Assembly (NCBI GenBank): GCA_037719575.1
Contig: JBBJMF010000004.1
Span: forward strand, 132 to 64,131
Length of the DNA stretch: 64,000 nucleotides
Direction: 5' to 3'
Origin: Nocardioidaceae bacterium
GTDB lineage: Bacteria; Actinomycetota; Actinomycetes; Propionibacteriales; Nocardioidaceae
A program made the translations under genes and the position numbers. Positions 55,380 to 64,000 of this stretch are shown here, piece after piece; position 1 is the first letter of the stretch; each line of letters opens with the position of its first letter. The notes below the pieces were generated by a model. It had not been told where the DNA came from and did no database searches. It saw nothing but the letters and a program-made list of their open reading frames with translations.

Positions 55380-56201
55380 TCAGGCGAACTCCCAGGACCG
55401 CTTGGACAGCCCGTACCAGAACCCCTCGACCGTCGACGTCGGCGCCGGACCCGTTGCCGCCTCGGCCCCGACGGCGGCCCCCAGGGTCACGAAGAGCGGC
55501 GCGAAGTGCTCGGTGCGGGGGTGGGCGACGTCGGCCGCCGGTCCCTTGTGCTCGAAGTCCAGCACGGCATCGACGTCCCAGGAGACGAGGGCGCCGTCGA
55601 CCCATGCGTCGAACTCGCGTGACCAGGACGGCGCGGGTGCGTCGCTGGCGCCGCCCAGGTCGATGAGTCGCAGGTTGTGCGTGGTGAACCCGCTGCCGAT
55701 GATCAGCACGCCCTCGTCTCGCAGCGGAGCGAGCCGCTGCCCGACCTCGAACAACCGACGTGGGTCGAGGGTCGGCATCGAGATCTGCAGCGTCGGGATG
55801 TCGGCGTCCGGGTACATCTCCACGAGGGGGACGTAGGCGCCGTGGTCCAGCCCGCGCTGCGGTGCCTCATGGGTCCTGATCCCAGGCACCGCGAGCCGGC
55901 CGCGTACCCGTTCCGCCAGCTCGGGCGCCCCCGGCGCGTCGTACGTCACCTGGTAGTAGCGCTCGGGAAACCCCCAGAAGTCGTAGACCAGGGGCACGGT
56001 CGTCGTCGCGCCGACCGTCAGCGGCGTCTCCTCCCAGTGCGCCGAGATGACCAGGATGGCGCGCGGGCGCGGCAGCGACGCCGACCAGCTCGCGAGCTCA
56101 CGCTTCCAGAGCTCGTCGTCGGCGAGGGGTGGTGCTCCGTGGCTGAGGTAGACAGCGGGCATCGCGGCGACGGGGTGCGGGATAGCCGGGGGCGACGTCA
56201 T
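55380..56201 (-). CDS. Class III extradiol dioxygenase (4,5-DOPA dioxygenase/YgiD, LigB family)
   Basis: 'VYLSHGAPP', 'ILVISAHWE', 'LDHGAYVPL', 'LIIGSGFTTHN' LigB-family blocks. ATG 56201. Confidence 0.8.
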   Translation of the reverse strand: MTSPPAIPHPVAAMPAVYLSHGAPPLADDELWKRELASWSASLPRPRAILVISAHWEETPLTVGATTTVPLVYDFWGFPERYYQVTYDAPGAPELAERVRGRLAVPGIRTHEAPQRGLDHGAYVPLVEMYPDADIPTLQISMPTLDPRRLFEVGQRLAPLRDEGVLIIGSGFTTHNLRLIDLGGASDAPAPSWSREFDAWVDGALVSWDVDAVLDFEHKGPAADVAHPRTEHFAPLFVTLGAAVGAEAATGPAPTSTVEGFWYGLSKRSWEFA

Positions 56202-56288
56202 CGCGACTCCTGTGGTAGTTGATGCCTCAAGTATATCGTCTCTTGCGCGGCCTCCGGCGCGCCGAGGAGCCGCTGCTAGTTTGGTGGC

Positions 56289-57122
56289 ATGCTTCCGATT
56301 CCCCGTGTCAGCCTGCGCGATGGACGAGAGATCCCCCAGGTCGGGTTCGGGGTCTTCCTCGTCCCCGAGGACGAGACCGAGGCCGCGGTCTCGGCTGCCC
56401 TCGAGGTCGGCTACCGCCATGTCGACACGGCTGCTGTGTACGAGAACGAGCGCGGGGTCGGCCGGGCGGTCGCCGGCTCGGGTCTTGAGCGCGGTGACAT
56501 CTTCGTCACGTCGAAGTGCTGGAACTCCGACCAGGGGTACGACGAGGCGCTGGCCGCGTGCGAGACGAGCCTCGAGAAGCTGCGGCTCGACTACCTCGAC
56601 CTCTACCTGGTGCACTGGCCAACACCCAAGCGGGAAAGGTACGTCGACACCTGGCGCGCCCTCGAGAAGCTCCAGGCGGACGGACTGGTCCGGTCGATCG
56701 GCGTGTCGAACTTCCAGGCGCCTCACCTTCGTCGGCTGATGGCCGAGACCGAGACCGTCCCCGCCGTGAACCAGATCGAGATGCACCCGTGGCTGCAGCA
56801 GCGGGAGCTGCGCGCCTTCCATGCGGAGCACGGGATCGTCAGCGAAGCCTGGAGTCCGCTTGCCCAGGGCGGTGACAACCTGGCCGACCCGGTGATCGGT
56901 TCGATCGCCGAGAAGCACAACGTCTCGCCCGCCCAGATCATCCTTCGGTGGCACCTCGACATCGGCAACGTCGTCATCCCCAAGTCGGTCCAGCCGAAGC
57001 GGATGGCGAGCAACATCGATCTCTTCGCCATCCGCCTGGACGAGGGCGACCTCGACAAGATCGCGGGCCTCGACAGTGGTACACGCGTCGGGCCCAACCC
57101 CGACGAGTTCAACCAGGCCTGA
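56289..57122 (+). CDS. Aldo/keto reductase (2,5-diketo-D-gluconate reductase-like)
   Basis: 'GYRHVDTAAVYENE', 'LDYLDLYLVHWP', 'IGVSNF', 'VIPKSVQPKRMASN' AKR motifs. Confidence 0.9.
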   Translation: MLPIPRVSLRDGREIPQVGFGVFLVPEDETEAAVSAALEVGYRHVDTAAVYENERGVGRAVAGSGLERGDIFVTSKCWNSDQGYDEALAACETSLEKLRLDYLDLYLVHWPTPKRERYVDTWRALEKLQADGLVRSIGVSNFQAPHLRRLMAETETVPAVNQIEMHPWLQQRELRAFHAEHGIVSEAWSPLAQGGDNLADPVIGSIAEKHNVSPAQIILRWHLDIGNVVIPKSVQPKRMASNIDLFAIRLDEGDLDKIAGLDSGTRVGPNPDEFNQA

Positions 57123-57145
57123 GCCCCGCCCGGCCCCCTGGTGGC

Positions 57146-58300
57146 TCACAGGAGGGAGCGATAGAGGGCGACAGTCTGCTCGGCGATCGCGGGCCAGGCG
57201 AACGACTCGACCGCGCGGGCCCGACCAGAGACGCCCATGTCAAAGGCTCGGCCAGGGTCGTCGGCGAGCGTGTTGACCGCTTCGGCGAAGCGGGTCTCGA
57301 AGCCCGCGGGGTCGTCCGGCGTGTAGGTGACGAGCAGGCCCGTCGTACCGTCGACGACGACCTCCGGGATGCCACCGACGGCACTGGCGACCACCGCGGT
57401 GCCGCAGGCCATCGCCTCGAGGTTGACGATGCCCAGCGGCTCGTATACCGACGGGCACAGGAAGGCCAACGAGTGCGAGAGGACCTGGCGGACAGCCCCC
57501 CGCGCAAGCATCTCGCTGACCAGGACCACGCCGTCCCGCGACTTGCGGAGCACCGCGATCGCCGCGTCGGTCTCGGCCTTCAGGTCCGCCGTGTCAGCGG
57601 CGCCGGCGAGCAGCACGACCTGCAACGAGGGGTCGAACGCGAGTGCTGCGCGCAGCAGGTGCGGCACCCCCTTCTGTCTGGTGATCCGTCCGACGAACGT
57701 GACGTAGGGCCGGGACGGGTCGATCCCGAGACCTTCGATGACGTCGACGGCGTCGTCAGGCCGATAGAAGTCGGCGTCGATACCGTTGTAGACAACGGAG
57801 ATCCGGTCGGGATCGAGGTCGGGATAGGCGCCACGTACGTCGTTCGCCATGCCCTGGCTAACCGCGATGACGGCATCGGCGCCGAGGTAGGCCGTGCGCT
57901 CGACCCACGACGAGACGCGGTAGCCGCCGCCTAGCTGCTCGGCCTTCCATGGTCGCAACGGCTCGAGCGAGTGGGCCGTGACGACATGAGGCACGTCGTA
58001 CAGCAGCTTTGCAAGGTGACCCGCGAGGTTCGCGTACCAGGTATGGGAGTGCACCAGGTCGACTCCCTGGCAGGCCGCCACCATGGCGAGGTCGGTGGAC
58101 ATCGTCTGGAGCGCGGGGTTGGCGTCGGGGAACCGCCGGTCGGACTCGGCGAACGCACGGGCGTCGGGCCGCTCGTCGCCCATGCACAGCACACAAAGGT
58201 GCACGAGGTCGCGCAGCTCGCGTGAGAGGTAGTCCACGTGGACGCCGGCGCCACCGTAGATCGCCGGCGGGTACTCACGGGTGAGCAGGCCGACGCGCAT
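57146..58300 (-). CDS. glgA: GT4 glycogen synthase homolog (actinobacterial GlgA, GlgM-type alpha-maltose-1-phosphate synthase)
   Basis: 'MRVGLLTREYPPAIYGGAGVHV', 'FVGRITRQKG', 'PSVYEPLGIVNLEAMACG'. Divergent from glgC as in mycobacteria (Rv1212c/Rv1213). Confidence 0.85.
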   Translation of the reverse strand: MRVGLLTREYPPAIYGGAGVHVDYLSRELRDLVHLCVLCMGDERPDARAFAESDRRFPDANPALQTMSTDLAMVAACQGVDLVHSHTWYANLAGHLAKLLYDVPHVVTAHSLEPLRPWKAEQLGGGYRVSSWVERTAYLGADAVIAVSQGMANDVRGAYPDLDPDRISVVYNGIDADFYRPDDAVDVIEGLGIDPSRPYVTFVGRITRQKGVPHLLRAALAFDPSLQVVLLAGAADTADLKAETDAAIAVLRKSRDGVVLVSEMLARGAVRQVLSHSLAFLCPSVYEPLGIVNLEAMACGTAVVASAVGGIPEVVVDGTTGLLVTYTPDDPAGFETRFAEAVNTLADDPGRAFDMGVSGRARAVESFAWPAIAEQTVALYRSLL

Positions 58301-58378
58301 CCTGGAACCCTAGTTGCCGTCGGCCGCTCGACCATCGGGGCTGATGCCCCCTTGAGGGCTTGGCAGTAGCGTGAGGCC

Positions 58379-59620
58379 ATGGCCAAGCCCAAGGTGCTCG
58401 GGATCGTGTTGGCGGGCGGCGAGGGCAAGCGCCTGATGCCGCTCACCCTCGACAGGGCAAAGCCTGCCGTGCCCTTCGGTGGCACCTACCGGCTCATCGA
58501 CTTCGCCCTCTCGAACCTCGTCAACGCCGGCTATCTCCGGATCTGCGTGCTGACGCAGTACAAGTCGCACTCACTCGACCGCCACATCTCTGTGACCTGG
58601 CGGATGTCCACGATGCTCGGCAACTACGTGACCCCGGTGCCCGCCCAGCAGCGACTCGGCAAGCAGTGGTTCCTGGGCAGCGCGGACGCGATCTTCCAGT
58701 CGATGAACCTGATCATCGACGAGCAACCCGACATCATCGTGGTGTTCGGGGCGGATCACGTCTACCGGATGGACGCGGCGCAGATGGTCGCCGCCCACCT
58801 CCAGTCGGGTGCGGGCGTCACCGTCGCCGGGATCAGGGTGCCGCGCACTGAGGCGTCGGCTTTCGGGGTCATCGGGACGGACGAGGACGGTATGACGATC
58901 CGGGAGTTCCTCGAGAAGCCCGACGACCCCCCTGGCCTCGTGGACAGCCCTGCGGAGTCGTTCGCGTCGATGGGGAACTACGTCTTCACGGCCGACGTCC
59001 TGGTCGAGGCACTGGCCAAGGATGCGGATAACCCCGAGTCCCGCCACGACATGGGCGGCGACATCATCCCGATGCTCGTGGACGGCGGAGACGCAGGCGT
59101 CTACGACTTCCGGCGCAACGACGTGCCGGGATCGACTCCGAAGGACCGCGACTACTGGCGTGACGTGGGGACGCTGTCGTCGTACCATGAAGCGCACCTC
59201 GACCTGGTCTCCGTCGAGCCGATCTTCAACCTGTACAACTCGGAGTGGCCGATCTTCACCCATCACATGCAGCAGCCCGGCGCCAAGTTCGTCGAGAACG
59301 CGTCGGCCGAGGACGCGATCGTGTGTGCCGGCTCGATCGTGTCCGGCGCGGCGATCCGGTCGTCGGTCCTCGGCAACAACGTCTACGTCTCGACGGGTGC
59401 CGAGGTCGAGCGCAGCGTCGTGATGGACAATGTCAAGATCGGCCCAGGAGCCCTTGTCCGCAACGCGATCCTCGACAAGTTCGTCGTGGTGTCAGACGGG
59501 GCGCGCATCGGCTTCGACGCCGAGGTCGACCGGGCGGCGGGGTACACCGTGACCGACGAGGGCATCACCGTGCTCGGTAAGGGCCAACCCGTCGAGGGCA
59601 CCTACTCGGGCGCTCGCTGA
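58379..59620 (+). CDS. glgC: Glucose-1-phosphate adenylyltransferase
   Basis: '[16 protein letters not shown]', '[17 protein letters not shown]', '[10 protein letters not shown]', 'YWRDVGT' motifs. Confidence 0.95.
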   Translation: MAKPKVLGIVLAGGEGKRLMPLTLDRAKPAVPFGGTYRLIDFALSNLVNAGYLRICVLTQYKSHSLDRHISVTWRMSTMLGNYVTPVPAQQRLGKQWFLGSADAIFQSMNLIIDEQPDIIVVFGADHVYRMDAAQMVAAHLQSGAGVTVAGIRVPRTEASAFGVIGTDEDGMTIREFLEKPDDPPGLVDSPAESFASMGNYVFTADVLVEALAKDADNPESRHDMGGDIIPMLVDGGDAGVYDFRRNDVPGSTPKDRDYWRDVGTLSSYHEAHLDLVSVEPIFNLYNSEWPIFTHHMQQPGAKFVENASAEDAIVCAGSIVSGAAIRSSVLGNNVYVSTGAEVERSVVMDNVKIGPGALVRNAILDKFVVVSDGARIGFDAEVDRAAGYTVTDEGITVLGKGQPVEGTYSGAR

Positions 59621-59628
59621 GGGCCGGC

Positions 59629-61029
59629 GTGACGAGGAACCGGCGGCTGCCGGTTTCGGTGGCCGCCGGGAGCGCCGCGTCCGCCGAGGTGGGGGTTGAG
59701 ATCTTGCGGCGTGGCGGCAGTGCTGCCGACGCCGCAGTGGCGATGGTGCTCGCCGCCTGCGCCGCCGAGACCGTCTTCACCGGCCTCGGCGGGGGTGGCT
59801 TCGCGACGCACTATGAGGCGGCGACGGGACGAACCCGGTGTCTGGACTTCTTCGTGGCGGTGCCGGGCCTCGACGGCCGGGTAGCCGGCCGGCCCGAGGA
59901 GGTGCTGATCGACTTCGGCGGGCAGGTGGTGCCTTACGCGGTGGGTCCCGGCACGGTCGCCGTGCCCGGCGTGCCGGCCGGCGCGGCCGGGATGCATGAA
60001 CGGTGGGGCAAGCTGGACTGGGCGGACCTGGTGCAACCGGCCATGACCCTGGCGAGTGCCGGCGTGCCCTGCGGGGTCCAGCAGGCCAAGGTGCTCACGA
60101 CGGTCGCCGACGCCATGCTGGTCGGAGACGGTACGGCGGCCTACGCGCCGGGCGGGGTGCTGCTGAACGGCGAGTCGACGCTTTTCCACCCCGGACTCGC
60201 CCACGCGTTCGAGGTGCTTCGCGACGAGGGAGCAGCCGCCTTCTACACCGGGCGGGTCGCCGACGCCATGCTGTCGGCACTCGGCGACCACGGCGGGGTC
60301 AGCGACGTCGACCTCGTCGCCTACGAGCCGATCGAGAGCTCACCACAAGAGGCGGTGCTCGGCGGCTGTCTCGTCCAGGCCCGGGGTGACGACCTCGACG
60401 ACCTGCTCGGCGTCCTGACGGGGCTGGACCTGACTGGTGACGACGCCGACACAGCCCGCCGCCTGGTGCAGCGGCTGCGCGCCAGACCCCGGCGCGGCGA
60501 CACCACCAGCGCCGCGGCGGCCGACTCCGACGGCAACGCATGCGCGGTCACCACGAGCCTCGGCCTGTCATCGGGCGTCTGGTTGAGCGGCTACGGCATC
60601 CACCTGAACTCGATGATGGGGGAGGGTGAGCTGTTGCGGGGCGAGCTGACGGCGGGGGAGCGGATGTGCTCGATGATGACGCCTCTCGTGATGCACGACG
60701 ACGACGGAGTCTGCCTGGTGGCTGGTGCGGCTGGCGGTAGCCGGATCCGCTCGGCGCTTGCGCAGGTGCTCACTCGCGTCGTACGAAGCTCCATGCCGGT
60801 CGCGGAGGCGATCGCCGCGCCGCGCCTCAACCCGGTGCCCGGCAAGGTCCATCTCGAGCCCGGCTTCCCCGAGACGGTCGTGGAGGCGTTGGCCGTCGAT
60901 GACGCGGTCGTCAGGTGGCCGGACATCGACTCGTACTTCGGCGGGGTGGCCGCCATCGACCGCCACGGTCCGGGGGCCGACCCTCGACGAGGCGGGGACG
61001 TTCGCCGGGTCGAGAGCCGTGTCTCCTAG
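59629..61029 (+). CDS. Gamma-glutamyltransferase-family Ntn hydrolase
   Basis: 'GGSAADAAVA', 'GLGGGGF', autoprocessing/nucleophile region 'RRGDTTSAAAADSDGNACAVTTSL', 'MMGEG'. Confidence 0.8.
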   Translation: MTRNRRLPVSVAAGSAASAEVGVEILRRGGSAADAAVAMVLAACAAETVFTGLGGGGFATHYEAATGRTRCLDFFVAVPGLDGRVAGRPEEVLIDFGGQVVPYAVGPGTVAVPGVPAGAAGMHERWGKLDWADLVQPAMTLASAGVPCGVQQAKVLTTVADAMLVGDGTAAYAPGGVLLNGESTLFHPGLAHAFEVLRDEGAAAFYTGRVADAMLSALGDHGGVSDVDLVAYEPIESSPQEAVLGGCLVQARGDDLDDLLGVLTGLDLTGDDADTARRLVQRLRARPRRGDTTSAAAADSDGNACAVTTSLGLSSGVWLSGYGIHLNSMMGEGELLRGELTAGERMCSMMTPLVMHDDDGVCLVAGAAGGSRIRSALAQVLTRVVRSSMPVAEAIAAPRLNPVPGKVHLEPGFPETVVEALAVDDAVVRWPDIDSYFGGVAAIDRHGPGADPRRGGDVRRVESRVS

Positions 61030-61038
61030 GCTGTCACC

Positions 61039-61863
61039 ATGTCGACCCTGTCTCCGCCTCCGTCGCCAGAGCCCTCCAAGACATCCCGGGCCAGCAGCGC
61101 CACGGTGCTCGTCGTCGCGGCGGTCGTGGTAGCGGTCATCGCGGGTTTCGTCGCGATCGGGGTCCTTGTCGGCGACGGGTCCAGTACGGCGACCCCCGCC
61201 CAGAGCCCCCCGTCGACGCCGCCGACGCCGACGCAGAGCGGTCCCACGGCGAGCCCGACCAGCTCCGCCCCCCCGTCGAACCTGCCGCCGCTTGACTGCT
61301 CGGAGCCACCGGCCCTGCCAGCCAACCCTCAGCAGTTCGACAAGGCACCCCCGGCGTCGCTCTCGCAGCGCGCCACCTGGCGGGCGACCCTCCAGACCAA
61401 CTGCGGCCGGATCGTCATGGAGCTCGACGGGAGAGTGGCCCCCCAGACGGTCGCCTCGTTCGTCTTCCTGTCGCAGGCGGGCTACTACGACGACAGCCCG
61501 TGCCACCGTCTCACCACGCCTGAGCAGGGCCTGTTGGTCCTCCAGTGCGGCGACCCGACCGGCACCGGCTCGGGCGGACCGGGCTACGGCTACGGCATCG
61601 AGAACGCTCCGGCGAGCGGGTCGTACCCCGCCGGGACCGTGGCGATGGCGCGAGCCAGCGACCCGAACAGCAACGGCAGCCAGTTCTTCATCGTCTACGG
61701 CGACACCACGTTGCCGACGACAGGTGGCGGCTACTCGATCTTCGGCACGGTCGTCGAGGGACTGTCGATCGTGCAGGCCGTAGCCGCGCGGGGTTTGGCG
61801 AGCGACCAGGTCGCCCCGGCGCAGCCGGTCAGCCTGCTGAGCGTCTCGGTCGAGAAGCTCTGA
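61039..61863 (+). CDS. Cyclophilin-type peptidyl-prolyl isomerase with N-terminal TM and Pro/Ser-rich linker
   Basis: 'FVFLSQAGYYDD', 'LQCGDPTGTGSGGPGY', 'GTVAMARASDPNSNGSQFFI' cyclophilin motifs. Confidence 0.9.
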   Translation: MSTLSPPPSPEPSKTSRASSATVLVVAAVVVAVIAGFVAIGVLVGDGSSTATPAQSPPSTPPTPTQSGPTASPTSSAPPSNLPPLDCSEPPALPANPQQFDKAPPASLSQRATWRATLQTNCGRIVMELDGRVAPQTVASFVFLSQAGYYDDSPCHRLTTPEQGLLVLQCGDPTGTGSGGPGYGYGIENAPASGSYPAGTVAMARASDPNSNGSQFFIVYGDTTLPTTGGGYSIFGTVVEGLSIVQAVAARGLASDQVAPAQPVSLLSVSVEKL

Positions 61864-61866
61864 CGG

Positions 61867-62602
61867 ATGGCCCTCGCCGACCTGGTGTTCGCCGGCGGCT
61901 CGGTCTACACCTCGCTGACCGAGCCGGCGCCTGGTCCCACTCATGTCGCGGTCCTCGACGGCAGAGTGGCAGCGGTGGGCGGGGCCGATGTGGGCGAGCT
62001 CATCGGTCCGCACACCCGGCTGGTCGACCTCGCCGGCGGCCTGCTCGTCCCCGGCTTCCAGGACGCTCACGTCCATCCGGTGCAGGGTGGCCTCGAGCGC
62101 CTCGGTTGCGACCTCAGTGGGCTCCGCTCGGAGCCCGACTACGTCGCTGCGGTCGCTGAGTACGCGGGTCGGCGCCCGGACCTGGACTGGGTCACCCGTG
62201 CTGCCGCTCCTGGACCCCGAACGCGTGAGCCGGCAGTACCCTTTCGGCTCGCTGGAGCGCAGCGGCGCGACGCTCGTCGCGGGCAGCGACTGGCCGGTGA
62301 GCAGTCCCAGCCCCCTGTGGGGCATCCACGCCGCGGTGAACCGCCAGCTGCCACCGGCCGCCGGGGAGGTGCGCGAGCCCTTCCTGGCGGCGGAGGCGCT
62401 GGATGTCGAGACCGCTCTCCGCGCCTACACGGCGTGGTCGGCGTACGTGAACCATCTCGACGAGACCGGGACCATCCGAGTGGGCGCGCTCGCGGACCTC
62501 GCCGTGCTCGACACGGACATCGTCAGCTGCCCGCCGTCCGAGATCGGCCAGGCGAGCGTTGTCTCGACGTACGTCGAGGGTGTCGAGGTCTTCGCGAGCT
62601 AG
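61867..62602 (+). pseudogene. Amidohydrolase (YtcJ-like, amidohydrolase_3) remnant: internal deletion plus frameshift
   Basis: Frame 1 encodes about 110 N-terminal aa, including the metal motif 'GFQDAHVHP', up to 'RRPDLDWVT'. At about 62191-62197 homology jumps to frame 2 and continues with the C-terminal about 135 aa ('YPFGSLERSGATLVAGSDWPV', 'GTIRVGALADLAVLD'). About 300 aa of barrel are missing. Confidence 0.75.
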
Positions 62603-62664
62603 TGATCGCGGTCGACCGTGCGACCGTACTCCTCACATGGACTGACCCGGGCTAGCCTCGGGAC

Positions 62665-63078
62665 ATGATCTTGTCGGGCGGAGTGTCGCCACGCGGAATG
62701 TGGGCGCTCGTCGCGTTGTTCACGGTCAGCGGCGCCCTGCACATCGTGCGACCCCACCCCTTCGAGGCGATCGTGCCTCGAAGACTGCCGTACAAGCGCC
62801 ACCTGGTCTACGGGAGTGGAGCGCTCGAGCTGGTGTGCGCGGCCGGCCTCGCCGTGCCCCGAACCAGGCGGCCGGCAGGTCTGGCCAGTGCGTGCCTGCT
62901 GGTCGCCGTGTTCCCCGCGAACCTGCGGATGACGGCGGACATCATCGGCCGCCGATCGCCGGCCGTGCAGGTGTTCGCCATTGTCCGGCTGCCCCTGCAG
63001 CTCCCGATGATCCGCACCGCTTGGCGGGCCTGGCGCTCTCGACCGGATCGAAATGGCCTCTCAACCGGATCGGAGTGA
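62665..63078 (+). CDS. DoxX-like small membrane protein
   Basis: Four hydrophobic segments, 'GALHIVRPHPFEAIVP', 'YGSGALELVCAAGL', 'LLVAVFPANLRM' typical of the DoxX-like family. Confidence 0.6.
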   Translation: MILSGGVSPRGMWALVALFTVSGALHIVRPHPFEAIVPRRLPYKRHLVYGSGALELVCAAGLAVPRTRRPAGLASACLLVAVFPANLRMTADIIGRRSPAVQVFAIVRLPLQLPMIRTAWRAWRSRPDRNGLSTGSE

Positions 63079-63110
63079 CCCCTCAGCCGGACCGAAATGG
63101 CCTCTCACCC
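63041..63110. repeat. Direct repeat (22/26 identical, 44-bp period) duplicating the 3' end of the DoxX-like gene
   Basis: GACCGGATCGAAATGGCCTCTCAACC (63041-63066) versus AGCCGGACCGAAATGGCCTCTCACCC (63085-63110), with a perfect core CGAAATGGCCTCTCA. Both copies encode 'PDRNGLS' in their respective frames. Confidence 0.6.
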
Positions 63111-63719
63111 TGGGGGGCCGCGGCGGGCGCGGACGACGGTGTCGAGGGCGACGCCTTCGGGGGTCGGGCGCTCCACCGTCCGCGCGACCTCGACCGTGAG
63201 CCCGGCCGACGCCGACAGCAGGGTCCGCATCCGGTGCGGGCTGTACAGCAGGTCGAGGTCCTGTGGCCCGGAGACTCCCTCGGCCAGGTTGCGCTCGTCG
63301 TGGCCGACGATCACCAGGTGGCCTGCGGGTCGCAGGGCCGCCGCCGCTCGGAGCAGCATCTCGTCCCGCTCACGAGGCGGAAGGTGGACATAGCTCGCCA
63401 GCGCCAGGTCGATACTGCCTGCGCGGAGCGCCAGCGCGCTCACGTCCTGGACCTTCCACGTGAGTCGTAGGGCAGGCATCGGTGGTTGCTGAGAGGTCAT
63501 CCGGCACGCCCGCTCGATGGCGACGGAGGAGAAGTCGACGCCGGTCACGCGCCAGCCGAGCGTCGCCAGCCAGACGGCGTTGCGGCCCTCGCCGCAGGCC
63601 AGGTCGAGTGCGTCACCGATGGGGAGCCGCTCGCACTGCTGGCGAACGAAGCGGTTGGGCTCCCGCCCCCACTTCAGCTCGTGGGCCTGGTACTGCTGGT
63701 CCCAGGCCGCGGCATCCAT
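63105..63719 (-). CDS. Class I SAM-dependent methyltransferase
   Basis: SAM-binding motif I 'ALDLACGEGRNAVWLA', 'VTGVDFS', motif post-I/II 'IDLALASYVHL'. Confidence 0.85.
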   Translation of the reverse strand: MDAAAWDQQYQAHELKWGREPNRFVRQQCERLPIGDALDLACGEGRNAVWLATLGWRVTGVDFSSVAIERACRMTSQQPPMPALRLTWKVQDVSALALRAGSIDLALASYVHLPPRERDEMLLRAAAALRPAGHLVIVGHDERNLAEGVSGPQDLDLLYSPHRMRTLLSASAGLTVEVARTVERPTPEGVALDTVVRARRGPPG

Positions 63720-63784
63720 GGGCCGAGGCTACTCGCGGCTCCCGATCCGGCGGCGGACGGCGGAGCGCGGAGTAATCTGGAGAC

Positions 63785-64000
63785 ATGCAGCCCACCATTC
63801 CCAGCCCGGGGCTCGACCTCGAGTATCCGCGGTCTCTCGGTGTCTACGACCGCTACGAGCAGGCCCAGCAGGTTGTCGACTATCTGTCGGACAACGAGTT
63901 CGCCGTCCAGAACCTCGCGATCGTGGGGACCGAGCTGCGCACGGTCGAGCGCATCGCCGGCCGGCTCACCCGCGGCAAGGTGGCTGCCGCCAGCGCCGCG
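63785..64000 (+). CDS. General-stress-protein-17M/YflT-like domain protein, N-terminal part (3' end outside the window)
   Basis: ATG 63785 opens a frame that stays open to the window end: 'MQPTIPSPGLDLEYPRSLGVYDRYEQAQQVVDYLSDNEFAVQNLAIVGTELRTVERIAGRL'. High third-position GC. Not in the ORF track because no stop is reached. Confidence 0.55.
   Translation, partial: MQPTIPSPGLDLEYPRSLGVYDRYEQAQQVVDYLSDNEFAVQNLAIVGTELRTVERIAGRLTRGKVAAASAA

Noticed and set aside
59629-61029. GGT-like Ntn hydrolase as the missing beta-Asp-Arg dipeptidase of the cyanophycin pathway
   Set aside because: It belongs to the gamma-glutamyltransferase family rather than the IadA or IaaA (asparaginase-type) families. 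It lies 14 kb away in an unrelated glgC-linked context, so there is no supporting evidence.
60568-62325. 585-aa minus-strand ORF
   Set aside because: It is antisense to the GGT-like and cyclophilin genes, which carry family motifs. Its composition is junk-like.

Overview
High-GC (roughly 70% by eye) Actinomycetota chromosomal segment, densely coding on both strands. I call about 67 protein genes and recognised no rRNA, tRNA, CRISPR array or transposase. Gene order follows the conserved actinobacterial core known from Mycobacterium tuberculosis Rv1436-Rv1484. In order: gap-pgk-tpiA-secG-rbpA; a translationally coupled pentose-phosphate operon tkt-tal-pgi-zwf-opcA-pgl (minus strand); heme O/heme A synthases ctaB and ctaA with an ABC-2 exporter; a complete SUF Fe-S operon sufR-sufB-sufD-Rieske-sufC-sufS-sufU-sufT; then an ABC-F ATPase, echA, an ABC exporter, SURF1, moaA, DUF3099 and fabG-inhA; later serB, an NfeD/SPFH pair, def, glgA/glgC, a GGT-like gene and a cyclophilin. 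Unusual content: (1) A cyanophycin locus, with cyanophycinase cphB overlapping a full-length cphA1. It faces a second cyanophycin-synthetase-like gene that keeps the N and Mur-ligase (M) domains but lacks the whole ATP-grasp domain, and that gene is packed directly behind fabG-inhA. (2) An acVLRF1-type (Vms1-like) peptidyl-tRNA hydrolase with an upstream 88-aa ORF immediately after the suf operon. (3) A 430-bp non-coding element between rbpA and pgl, bounded by 19-bp perfect (about 41-bp imperfect) inverted repeats built from TCCGACC cores at exact 21-bp spacing. (4) An internally deleted amidohydrolase pseudogene and a duplicated gene 3' end nearby. (5) Several palindromes and hairpins in intergenic regions, including a SufR-box-like dyad on the sufR start codon. 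All functional calls rest on motif-level reading of the supplied translations and the raw sequence. No database search or numerical computation was run.
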